Positions 49,308-60,499 of a stretch of 64,000 nucleotides of DNA are shown here, one piece after another. A model generated the notes under the pieces. It was not told where the DNA came from, ran no database searches, and saw only the letters and a program-made list of their open reading frames with translations. The DNA is taken from positions 248,001 to 312,000 of the forward strand of contig QPGO01000002.1 in the NCBI GenBank assembly GCA_008632985.1, in the 5' to 3' direction. Positions within the stretch are counted from its first letter, which is position 1. Each line of letters starts with the position of its first letter. The translations under genes were made by a program, and so were the position numbers. The DNA comes from Psammoneis japonica (Eukaryota).

Positions 49308-51320
49308 TTGGACTACGACTGGGGGGAGTTTCCCAGTCTCTCCATAAAGCAGCAACCATGGACACGCCATCACCGGAACTGCTCACCGATGCTCTTGTGG
49401 CGAGCCATGGTGGCCATCCACAAGCGGCTTTGGAATGTTTGGCTCGCCCCTCCATTGTTGATTTGTGCCCTGCCTCTCTTTGCACAAGCGTTTGATACGC
49501 TTCTCAACTTCTTTACGCCAAACCACGGAATTGTCACGATCGTCGTTACGGTGGCATTGTACGTTTCGTGTTGGTCGATGATTCAACGATGCGCCCCCTC
49601 CCCTCAAGAAATGGATATAGTGTGGAATCGAGATAGACTCGTTTGGCTTGTGGGGTGTGGTGCCGTCAGCATCTTTCTGACTCGGTACATCGCTTCTCCC
49701 GTTCTTGTCTTCGTGTTTGGAGAAATCGACTGCAGGGCCGTCCCATACATTCCTTTTGCAGCCGCCTTTCGGTTCTCGATGACCGCGTTGATTCTGGGCC
49801 TCGTTGTTTTGCTGCGGTTTGTTGGATGGGCCTCGGTTGGTGCGTTGCCCTTTGAGTGTGCTGCTTCTTTCACTTTGTGCTCTGAATTCATTTTCTCACT
49901 CTTTTTGCACTGTTACTCCGTTTGCATAGTCCGGTGTTCTTCTTCTCCCATCACATCAAAACCCACGGTGTCAATGCTTTTATCATTTGGGGCAAGATTG
50001 ACGACACTCACATGCCAGGAACTCGCACAGCTTGTCTTCGCTAGTCTTTGTGGAATGGTTGTAGTGTTGTTGACGGGACCAACTCATGACGAGTTGCTCA
50101 AGACCGCGTTGTTTGTCACGAGCGTCTCCACCTGCGTCGTTCATCTTTTAGTCACGACTCTCGACGGTGTGTCACATGAACTCGACCCCACACCGCACTA
50201 CAACAACAATTTCAAGTACATGGTAAAACGGGGTGTATGCACGCTGGTCAAAACCGTCTTTCTCACGATGATCGCGTCCAATGTGGGCTTTTGGCTTGCA
50301 CCGAGTGCAGCAATCTATGATTCATTTTTGTATCATTCTTGGGGCGAGGTCCCACGTTTCGGATGGACTTGCTTTGTTGCTTCGGCACTTGTAACATGCT
50401 ACTTGACCGCTATAGATGAAGCCTACCGCATGAAACTTTGTGGCCGCGGTTTGAGTTTGCGAAACCTCGTCTACGACGTTCATCACCATGTTGCGCCGCA
50501 CCTCTGCATTGATGTGTTGATCTCTTCGATTCTGCACGGAAACAAGGAATGCATTCGTTCTATTGTCGGGTCTTCTCAAGTGCAAGGAAGCGAGAAAAAG
50601 GCTGAATGGGAATTGGTGAAGAGCTGTGCAAGGCTACTGAAAAACTCGCTGGTGCACAACGGACGCAAAGCTCGGCGCATGAATGTCAGAGCGGCCTTTG
50701 AGTTTCGTTTGGAGCAAGACACACTGCGAATGCTCCTCCTCGAGTCCCTTGGCGGGACCATTGCACCTTTTTCTGACCCTGGGTTGGATTACCACTGCTA
50801 CAATGTACAGTACTGGGTGAACTGTGAGGATGAGCTTGAAGGTGAACGCATGTCGGTTGCATTAGTACGGGCGCTTTGTGCCCACATTTGCGGAGTGGCT
50901 CAGACTTTGGCTCATGTTGATGAGTATTCTGCTCCCAATGGCCAACATTCATCGTTCTCCACACGGGCATTGCCACCAGGAGCCTTGGTTTGTGTTGGAC
51001 ATGCAGTGCAAAGTGCTACCCGACTGGTAGCCAAGGACTTTTCGTCCCTTTCAAAGATGGCTCCTGCTGTGTTGCTGTCTCTCTCTCAGCTTCACGAGGG
51101 AATCACCGAGTGCCTGCGTTACACTCAAGTTATCTACCACCCTGAATTAGACTCTCTCCTTGAAGATTGTAACGAATGTAGTGCCTGGATTCGGAGCCTG
51201 CTCGGGGAACGAGGAGACGACTTCCATGATTGGTTTACGCAGCTTGAGCCCAACTGGCAGATTGGCAACCATTTCACTAATGCAGAGGCTTCAACCATGC
51301 TATCCTCTAGTCTGCTCTAG
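49308..51320 (+). CDS. Multi-pass membrane protein with soluble C-terminal domain (tentatively Ndc1 nucleoporin-like); true start probably ATG 49389
   Basis: 670-codon ORF with several N-terminal hydrophobic segments and a helical C-terminus. The Ndc1 resemblance is architectural only. Confidence 0.7.
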   Translation: MDYDWGEFPSLSIKQQPWTRHHRNCSPMLLWRAMVAIHKRLWNVWLAPPLLICALPLFAQAFDTLLNFFTPNHGIVTIVVTVALYVSCWSMIQRCAPSPQEMDIVWNRDRLVWLVGCGAVSIFLTRYIASPVLVFVFGEIDCRAVPYIPFAAAFRFSMTALILGLVVLLRFVGWASVGALPFECAASFTLCSEFIFSLFLHCYSVCIVRCSSSPITSKPTVSMLLSFGARLTTLTCQELAQLVFASLCGMVVVLLTGPTHDELLKTALFVTSVSTCVVHLLVTTLDGVSHELDPTPHYNNNFKYMVKRGVCTLVKTVFLTMIASNVGFWLAPSAAIYDSFLYHSWGEVPRFGWTCFVASALVTCYLTAIDEAYRMKLCGRGLSLRNLVYDVHHHVAPHLCIDVLISSILHGNKECIRSIVGSSQVQGSEKKAEWELVKSCARLLKNSLVHNGRKARRMNVRAAFEFRLEQDTLRMLLLESLGGTIAPFSDPGLDYHCYNVQYWVNCEDELEGERMSVALVRALCAHICGVAQTLAHVDEYSAPNGQHSSFSTRALPPGALVCVGHAVQSATRLVAKDFSSLSKMAPAVLLSLSQLHEGITECLRYTQVIYHPELDSLLEDCNECSAWIRSLLGERGDDFHDWFTQLEPNWQIGNHFTNAEASTMLSSSLL

Positions 51321-53149
51321 ACTGCAGTGAGGAGCCTTGCGTTGGATACTTTTGTGCAATTGAACAAATTGTGAGTTACTTGTTTCTTACTTCCTTGAAA
51401 ATGCGTCCATTCTTCTTTTCGGGTGTAACTTTGTAACTCTGTGCCATTTCGGAAGACCATCGGATAGTGGTAGGCCGTTGGCTGTAATTAGCAAAAGTTT
51501 TTAGCCGTCTGCACCTCTCAAAGGCATTACGATCTCGTCGTACAAACCATGGTTTAGTACCTTTTCAAATTATCCATCGTGTCCCCACTTTTCCCCTTGG
51601 ATGACAATGCCTTGTCGTAAACTTGTTTCAACATTTAGCAGGTCCCCACGAGGATGCGACAGCCAACAAGCATCATCCCTACCAACGAAAGAAACCGACT
51701 TCAATCACAAGTTGGTTGGAAGACGTGCTATCTCAGCCCCCCCCCCCCCCCCAAGAACACAACCCGACCGTTTATCAAGGAGCGCAGAAATTCTTGATTA
51801 TCAGCCACGACTTTCGAGTCGAGGTCACCGAGTATGCGTTGGGTGTATTGGACGGCGCGTCTCTTGTCTTGAACTCGGAAACAAACCGTCAAAACCAATT
51901 GGTTGTTGTACCCGTCTTGAGGGATGCGATTCAGAATGTATCCTTGGCCTCCATCCTTGATCTCATGAGCACACATGCCGTTGTACTTCCAGAACAAGCT
52001 AACGACGGGGATCGCGCCCTCAAACACAGTCCAAAGCTAAAGCCCTTCAGTGGCGTTGTGTATCAAATTACGGGGTTATCGCAAGAGCGATTTGTTGAAG
52101 CCTCGTCGAACATTTTGCGACCCAGCCTTCTGAGTACTACAGTAGTCTTTTTCAAACAGCATAGGTCCTGATGAAACTCTCAGTCCCGAACTGCAAACAC
52201 CTCTCTCAGCTATGGTACAACACCGTATGGTATCACCTCCAACGAACGTGATTGCGGCGACTCTATGGTTTTGAGGACCGACCCTAAACGCCAGGTCGGA
52301 GCAAAGATAGTTCTGAATGAGATCCCCCGTTTTCCTCCCGGTGATAATCCAAACCAGTAACTTGCATAAGACACAATACGACGCTCATTGGGATACTCTC
52401 GTTTCAGTTCTTCTGACTCGTGTATGGCGTTATACAATATAGCAGCAATGCCACCGCTCGTGCTAATGTGTGTGGGACGACCCATTCAAATTCATTGCCG
52501 ATGCCTGAATCATCGAGCATGTCGAATCACCCGCAAAAATGACGCACAGTGGTTGCAACGAGTGCACTTGGACATCAGCGTCCTTTTGCTCCAAAAAGTA
52601 ACCCAGGTCGCTTGTTATGGAATGATCTTTCCATGCAGCCTGTGGCCAGAACGCACGACCGTCAACAAAGTCGTACTGATAGTCGCGAAAAGTTTGTCTT
52701 TACTAGAAAGAATCCCATTTGGTCACTCAAATACAACTCACGAGCAAACAGAGGTTTCTCCAGATACCGGATTCAGAGAATAACGGACTTAATTGAAGTC
52801 ACTCTGCAACCAGGCACGCCATGAAATAACAGTATCGATTGTATTGTTCTACATCCGTCGCCATTGTTTCCTTCAAATCATCCCACCAAATTGCCTGTGG
52901 ATTCGTCAAACAAGAAGACCGAAAAGGAGCTGCGAAGGACGTGTACGGGGTTTTTGTTTGTTGTGGAGGGAATTCGTAAGCGCCACGTTTGGACTCAGAT
53001 CCAGTGACATCATCTTACCTTCTTAATACCAAGACGACGTCTTTATCCATCATGTCTGTTTGAGTCATAGCATTTTCTCGACCAGAACGCGTATCGAGCC
53101 ATCAAATTGATCACCTTCATTGCGCTAGTCTTGTGATAGTCCGTCAAAG

Positions 53150-53545
53150 CAAAGACTGTTAAACAAGAGTAGAATACCAAACATTTGAGACGATACGCCA
53201 ACGACATCTTCGTCGGCACCGCTCTTTTTGCTCGACTTGGAGTCTCCACTATACAATAAATACATGGTTGGAATGAGCATATATTGTTAGAAAACAGTCA
53301 TAACAACAACGGCGTGATGACGATAGGTAATTGTTTGTTCCATACTATATACACTTACCCTCCCATAAAGAGCGCCACACCTCCGACAATCATGACGACA
53401 TTGATATATTTCTTGAGCGGATATTTCTTTCCCATGAGAGCCCACATAATCATGACGGGTACAGGCTTGCAACTCTCGGCCAATCGTTGAATGGGATACA
53501 TGACATAACAGAGCGACCGTACCAAACAAAAGGTACTACCCATGG
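53150..53545 (-). pseudogene. Second UAA-family transporter fragment (paralogue of 46990-47385)
   Basis: [40 protein letters not shown] aligns with 46990-47385. Confidence 0.85.
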
Positions 53546-53991
53546 AGTGATGAGTCCCAAAATGGCAAACCGCGCCGGTGAAACGATGGTGGGCGTCCTG
53601 CGGCGTCATGGTGTACAGCGACGATGTCACAAACAAGAAGGATAACTCGTGCAACTTGCGTCCACCCGATGTGCAGTATCTATACCCCTTGACCCTGCGG
53701 CCACGACAAATCCAGGTACTTTTTGAAATCGTGTGCGCTCAAAGCGCACCAGTCCTTCTTGACAATGCGCATTCGATGCTCAATGCCAAATACATTGCCC
53801 GTTTATGATGCACTCCTGACAACTGATTGCTAGGGCCCTACTGGCTGACTCCAGTCTTGAAACATTGTCGAGATTGTCTGAGTCTTTCTCTATGACTGCA
53901 GTCGCTGTACCGGAGGGCAGAGGTGGGTGCCATAGACTTAGCAGCTGCAGGTGTGGGGTGTTGCTGCTGATTGGCCCCTCCAATTACAGAG

Positions 53992-54154
53992 CTCGATACG
54001 GCACATTCCCAGTGGCGTGCAACAATCTCTCAGACAAGAGAGAAACTCGTACCACACACAATGTTCCGCTTATGCACTCGATACGGTGTGTTCTCAGTTG
54101 CCTGCAACAATCTCTCAGACAAGAGAGAGGAGAGAATCTCGTACTGCACAATGT
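53992..54154. repeat. Tandem duplication, ~85 bp x2
   Basis: ctcgatacgg..tgcaacaatctctcagacaagagaga..ctcgtac occurs twice. Confidence 0.8.
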
Positions 54155-55124
54155 ATGGAGCAATCCACTTGATGAAATTGCAACTCTGCACGGAGCAGCA
54201 AAGCCGATCATGCTTCAGAGACTTCGCGAAGTTGCAGCTTTTAAAAACTAACAAAACCTTGCTTTTCCAGGCAGTCTGCGACGTCCACCCCGAAACACTC
54301 GGGTCGGCTCTCTCTCTCTCTCTTTCGATGCCGCATCATAATTCTACCCCGCAATTTTCTCATGGTTCTCTTACAAAACATTGTCACGGCGGAGAATTTA
54401 TCTTTTACATTGAATCTGTGTGTGCAATCGTAGAGCCCTGCGATCATGCCGGTATGACTTGAGAGATTTTGTATCCCGCCTCGCTCTCGTTGCGATTTCA
54501 GCAAAATGATGAGACTCCTGGCCTCCATTGGGCGTGCTGGGTTACAATGTACGTGAATCATGAATGATGATGGCGACACCAACCCATGACGATTGTAAAT
54601 ACAGTGCCAAAAGACACTCTTCTATTAGCTGGTAGTCTCTCTACTCTCTAGTTAGAGGATGCAGGATGCAGGTGGTGTCTGGTGTCTTCTGACACAGAGC
54701 TGAGAGTGACTTACCATGGCCTTCCACCTCACTACTCTGCGCGCGCGCAACGGTCGACGCATAGACTCACGATGGAGAGTGCTTCGACGCGACGCGACGC
54801 ACCTACGTACCGGTACCAATCGAGCCTCCACGATACGACGGACTGACACCGTGTTGGTGTCGCTGGATGGCGCCTACCTATGGCGCACGGATTTTATATT
54901 TGACACAGAGCAGGATAGATCAATTATATTTAGTATCTAGATAAATTTTATTATATAAAGGATATGTTTTTCGAAGGCAATGAAGATAAAATAAGACCAA
55001 CGGACTCACAATTCTTACGTGAGTTTCTACGTGACGAGGTCAGCGTGATGTACATTTAACGGTTACACAATCAGATTTTGTTTGTTTTCAGTTTGAAACT
55101 CTCACACATAGTTCGTCGTTGTCA

Positions 55125-56261
55125 ATGGACGAGTCCGACAAGGAGAGCAACGCATCGCAAGGACAATCTTCCTTGGAAAGGAAGAGAGAGCAGAGCCGCA
55201 AGAGTTCGACCAAGCATCGAGAGAAGAAGAAACGAGAGAAGAAAGAAGCCGAGGAGAAGAAGAAGGCGGAGGAGGAGGAGAAAAAGGCCAAGAGTCGCGA
55301 ATCTAGCCGTAGACACCGCGAGAAAAAGAAGCTGGAAGCGCTACAGAAAAAACAGCACGAAATGGACAGGTTGAAGAAGATTTTCTTAAGTCAGGACTCC
55401 CAGCAAGCCCACCCTCAGGAAGAGGCCCGTCATGAGTCGGGCGCTCTCTTCACGCAACCGACTCCCAACCGTTACCATCAAGGCAGTCCCGCCGCCATGA
55501 TGACTCCTCGACAAGCCCCTTCTCCCTTTGCAAGGACGTTCACTCCAGAAGTATTCAGTCAGATTGACGAGTCTTTCAAGAGCTCGAAACGGAACGATGA
55601 GAGGGCAACCCAGATTTTGGATCAGCATCAGCAACAGATGTATCAGCATCAGCAACAGATGTATCAGCATCAGCAACAGATGTATTCTTCGCGCCAAAAG
55701 TTTGAGGAACACAACCGAAAGCGCCAAGGTACCGAAGAACAGCATCGTGAGTTCCTGATGAACGCAAGCACTATACCAACTCCCAACAAGCGTTTCAAGT
55801 CGAGTCATCCGTCGTCTGAATTCACGTCGAACGAGTTCAATGCAACCTTACATTCGGCAAAGTCGGATGGTCCAGCCCCATTCAAGCCAAACGTGTCTCC
55901 CGTCTTCAATGCGAATCTTGATTCTACGAAGAAGAATATCAACTTTGGACAATATCACACTAGGAATCTTGATTCCCACCACAAGTTTCGCATGGATGAC
56001 TACGGTGTTGATACGGTCCAGAAGGCGAAGGAAAATGAACCGAATGAGAAGGCCGGCGTTGCCACTCTGGGTTCCAAGCATGTGGTTGCATTTGCGAAGG
56101 GTGATATTGTGTACTACACCAAGGATGGCGAGAAATATAAGGCGGAGATTCTCGATACTTACAAGGATGACAAGCTCGATCCGTATTACTTTGTTCGTGT
56201 CTTCAAGCCCACCGGGTCCGTCGACAAGGACACGGAATCCAAATACCTCTCCGCCTTTTAG
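55125..56261 (+). CDS. 378-aa protein: two bZIP-basic-like segments, (QHQQQMY)x3, C-terminal Tudor-like domain
   Basis: Intact ORF with RKREQSRKSSTKHREKKK and KAKSRESSRRHREKKK. 21-bp repeat x3 at 55621-55684. The C-terminal ~270 aa are paralogous to the 41330 gene. Confidence 0.8.
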   Translation: MDESDKESNASQGQSSLERKREQSRKSSTKHREKKKREKKEAEEKKKAEEEEKKAKSRESSRRHREKKKLEALQKKQHEMDRLKKIFLSQDSQQAHPQEEARHESGALFTQPTPNRYHQGSPAAMMTPRQAPSPFARTFTPEVFSQIDESFKSSKRNDERATQILDQHQQQMYQHQQQMYQHQQQMYSSRQKFEEHNRKRQGTEEQHREFLMNASTIPTPNKRFKSSHPSSEFTSNEFNATLHSAKSDGPAPFKPNVSPVFNANLDSTKKNINFGQYHTRNLDSHHKFRMDDYGVDTVQKAKENEPNEKAGVATLGSKHVVAFAKGDIVYYTKDGEKYKAEILDTYKDDKLDPYYFVRVFKPTGSVDKDTESKYLSAF

Positions 56262-58260
56262 ACATGAGACAGAATTGAAACACTGTCAACCGCAGACGGA
56301 TACGAAACGGAGTAGCGCGTAGAATGCATTGATTACAATAAGTTTGTACTAGGCAGAGTTTTCATAATGGACCTTTACTAGTTATCTGGCTCGTTTTGTT
56401 CGTAGCATAGTATACCGGTACCGTTTTTTCGTGGAGCGTCGCCGGATGATAAGGGTTTTGCGTATTCAGCTGCTCTTATCTTTCGTCTTGGACATCTTGA
56501 TCACTCCCACGCTCGTCTTGTGGACACTTTTATCGATAAGCCCAGATAAATAATTCTTACATCTTTCATAGCTCGTTCTTGAATGATAATCTCGTTCCCT
56601 GATTCGGGAATGAGATGATCGGTAAGATTCAAAAACTGAATATCGCTAGCAGCATCCAAGATCCTTCACCTTGGAGTCGCGTATTCGAAGAGTCACTATA
56701 TCCCTTTCGCTAACCGAAGCAAAGTCGGCGTGCGATTTGGCTTTGGATTTACACAGTGCTCGTGAACACGCACCAAACCACAGCGAGGAGCAGTTTCTAA
56801 AGAAATCATGAGCATAGCACAATGGTGAGAGACAGCTATACGATCAGCTTCCCTTTGGCAAGTTCCACTTGCCATCACGAAATCCCGATCCGATTTGAGA
56901 AGCGGCAAACGGAATCTGTTGAGCATTTGTGTCCAAGAGACGTTTCAAATTGACAAAAAGACCCTGTGCGTTTTCCGGCCTCAAATATCAAACGCTCGAA
57001 CCTTGGGGTCCGATGCTGGTCTTGAACATGAGGCTAAAAGGCTCTCCAGAAAAAGGTTTTGCCTGCGTCATAGAGCCGAGTGTGTCACACATTCCCATAA
57101 TCAAGAACTGGACGACGCGATGCTTTTTCCATCTCCCCTCAAGCGCGCGTAGTGTACACTACAAAGAATCCTTGACGTTATGGAACAGCGGGTTGACAAA
57201 GATGTCATACTTTGTCCGAGCTACTGCAAAGCTGTCGATTCGATCAGAACTCACCGCGACGATCACCCATAGACAGCGGAGCCCAGATTGCAACTCTAAT
57301 CTTTCTATCCTGCCTAATGGCAGACGCTCTCTGGTTCCAGATTGGAGTTTCTGGTCTTGAAAACTCACAGTGCTGGCGCAACAGCATCGTCTCTCGCAAC
57401 ACCCCATTGGTCTTTGCTGGCCTCCAGTACGAACACGTACAGTCGTTTGCTCAAAATCGTGGTTGCAACCATAGAAAGATAGAAATATAGGATTGAATAG
57501 CCACATCATATTCAAAGTAGATATTGGACCCATTTTTTGGAACACACCTTTGTTGACAAGATTGCCTGGTGCCTGTTTCTGTTTCGAAAGCGCCTCTAAT
57601 CCGATCACAAATGCCTTACGCTCTGAAAAGAGATGCCAACCATGCATTTTCCAGTCATTCTGCGGTTTTGGTCCCTTTTTTTCGGTACACAATGACTCAA
57701 TCGCAGGGCTTCATTGTACGCAATTCTAAGAGCCGCGCCGTAACAACTTCTGACGCCGTTGATTGCAATAGGAAACCTGCCCATTTCTTTTTCATTCCAT
57801 ACGAGATCTACCGTTTTGCTTACAGGAATAGCCGACTGGGCAAGTAAAGTTCAGAAAGCTGCTCCAGTGGAGACAAGAACAAAACGGCGTTGAAGCAACA
57901 GGCTTCGCACACGGCGTGTCAAAGTTCTGGATGCTCTACTCAGCAGCGTATTGCTTACAATACCATTCAGTGTCAATGCAACTACAAAGAATGAAACGAA
58001 GCGATACATCCAAGCGGAGAATGTGCTTCAGCGACAGGCTACCGGCGGTACAAGTATTTCTGCTTCTCTTGAAAGCCTTCGTCGCGTTCTAGAGGTACGT
58101 ACTATCATCCTCCTCCTCTTTTTTTTTTACTTCAAAAATTGAAATTTTGATCACAACGGATACCGCCTTAATCCAATGCTTAAAATCTTCATATATAATT
58201 TTAGGCTTGCCCGTTAACTTGCATTATCGATATATCCATTATTAATTTAATCAACATTAA

Positions 58261-58771
58261 GGATGGATCTACGTGCTGCGGTCAGTTTTTTGGGAGCTCG
58301 TAATTTTTATAAAAATAACCCGGATGCATCGTAGTAAATGCGCGCGCGTTCGCAAAAAAAATTTCAGCGATCGGTCGAACTTTGTCCGTTCGCCAGACAC
58401 CCTAGAATGCTTAAACAACAGGTGTGACCATGCGCGCGTTTTACCTTAACGACTATGGATATGTCTGTAGCCAGTCAAATGCCACTTGTCGGCATTTCCC
58501 GGAAAGTCACCGCCAATCTCCCACAAGAAGCCCGATTTTAGCGAAAACCAGCGGTTTTTTCAACCTGACAACAGGGCACAGGTCGACAAGTGGCATTTGA
58601 AGCGCCAAATGTGCAGCTCACAGCCCTCTCACAGCCCCCCATGAGGGTTTGACATGAGGGTTTGACGAACGCACAAGTGTTCGGGGGTGTTCCGAGGCAG
58701 GTCAAAACAACACGGTGAAGTGCGGGAAATGCGAGCCATTTTAAATTAGACTGCAGCACGTAGATCCATCC
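58261..58771. mobile_element. Non-autonomous TIR element (~510 bp) inserted at TTAA (Kolobok-like GG..CC ends; a TA-TSD reading is equally possible)
   Basis: TIRs GGATGGATCTACGTGCTGC.GTC / GAC.GCAGCACGTAGATCCATCC. Absent from the paralogous site at 44468 (ttttaattgaagg). Flanks are ttaa and tcaa. Confidence 0.9.
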
Positions 58772-58869
58772 TCAACTGAAGGTCTTGCCGGAACCAAGCG
58801 AAGTTGACGATGAACACAATGACACACTGCGCTGCACCGCAAACACTTCCACCGGCACTTCAGCAGAGA

Positions 58870-59259
58870 GACGGGCTTCAGTCCTGGGCGGGACTCTGTG
58901 TGACATTGGGCCAGCAGAATTCTGCGTGCAAGCTCCGCAGTGCGAGAATTTGGTCAATGGATGCATTTGTCTTCAACATCAAATGAACGGCCAAGTTTGT
59001 GGTGCAATTGTGCCTCTTGCCACTCGACGTTTTTGCAAGTGCGCCTGCCCTGCACGATTCTCAAGACATTGTAGAATCGCACTGCAACAAAAAATGTCAA
59101 AAGTTGTTGGATGGATCGCTCAATGAGTGTGCCGTAAAATGACACAAAACATCGAAAAAATCACGCAGAAATCTGCGCGCGCTACATGCGATGTAATTCA
59201 AAAAACTGTCTGTGTCACAGTTCAGCAGTGCGAGGTCCCACCTAGACCTGGAGCTCGTC
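58870..59259. mobile_element. Non-autonomous TIR element (390 bp) with 4-bp TSD GAGA
   Basis: Ends GACGGGCTTCAGTCCTGGGCGGGAC / GTCCCACCTAGACCTGGAGCTCGTC. The empty site gtagagagtag is at 44578. Confidence 0.85.
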
Positions 59260-59457
59260 GAGAGCAGAGGCACAACACTTGACCTCGATGACATGCCACA
59301 GAGGCAACAAACTTTCAACAGCAAATCGCAGCACACAGTCTGACATCGCCTCAGGTCATTGCAGCAGCAAAACGGTTTTCTCCCCGGTCCGGTTGGCGCA
59401 GCGCTCACTGCATTTTCTTCACTTTAGCGCGGAACTGCGGCTTTGCATTGAAGAAAT

Positions 59458-60366
59458 GTGGATTTGAACGCGTCTCTTCTCACAGCCATTGGACGTGGCA
59501 CTGCAGACGATGTTCGCATCATTCTTCGAGGTGGAGCAAACCCCAGCGCAGCTGTGACTCTCCGCCCACCCGCGGACAAAGACAATGATCCGCTTGTTGT
59601 CAAGCAGCCTTTTGTGTCATCATTTGTGACAATGCAGCTGATCCAGAAGCCAAACTTCAGCTCTTGCTGGATGCTGGAGCAAGTCCGACGGATGAGCTGG
59701 AAGGTTGCACACTGCTGGGTTCTGCATGTCATGAAGGTCGTCCATCCCTGGTGCAAATTCTTTTGTCTCATCATGGAGTGGATGCAAACGACCAAAGCTC
59801 TCCTCATGGGACACCATTGCATGAAGCTGCACTCCATGAAAATGCTGAAATTTGTCTGCTGTTGTTGCGGAATTGCGCTGATGCAAATTCAAAGGATCCC
59901 AACGGTTTGTCGCTGCTTCATGCTGCAACACACCGTGGAGCCGTAGTTGTGGCGCGAGTGCTCCTGGCAAACAGAGCTTGCATCAATGACGCCACAAATG
60001 AATGTTCTCTAACGCCTTTGCACATTGCTGGTGTTGCAGACATGGCAAGATTGCTCGTGGAACACGGAGCTGATTTGAGCGTCACTTGCATCCGAGGACC
60101 AACGGCATTGCAGTGCGCACTTGGGAGGGGCAAACATGCGGTGGTCTCTGTCTTGATGGAGGCGCATGGACAGAAACTGTTGAAGTGTGATCATGTTCAT
60201 CCGATGTCATGGGCCCATGTCTTGGCCAAAGTGGGGGAGAGGAGCACGGACATGTCTGGAGTGGGCATCAATTGCCCCTTGCTTCGCGAAGAACCGGAGG
60301 ATCTGTTTGGCCACAAGAATGCCGGCAGAAAAAGAAGCAACCCGATCGTTCTGTTCCAGAAGGGTC
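59458..60366 (+). pseudogene. Hypermutated, frameshifted copy of the ankyrin gene
   Basis: Aligns to 44778-45683. ATG>GTG, Tyr>Cys/His changes and indels. Confidence 0.92.
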
Positions 60367-60499
60367 AAACAACACAGCATGGCAGCATTTGTTGTGGCTG
60401 ACACTCTCTCTACACAGACATGCCATGGGGAGTGTGCTGCCCAAAGTTTGCAACTGCAAAACAACATCCATGGTCTGCATGTCGAATTTGTGTCACTGC

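Larger units (their letters stand above)
55443..60437 (+). repeat. Segmental duplication copy 2; distal part hypermutated
   Basis: Aligns with 41655-45753. Confidence 0.95.
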
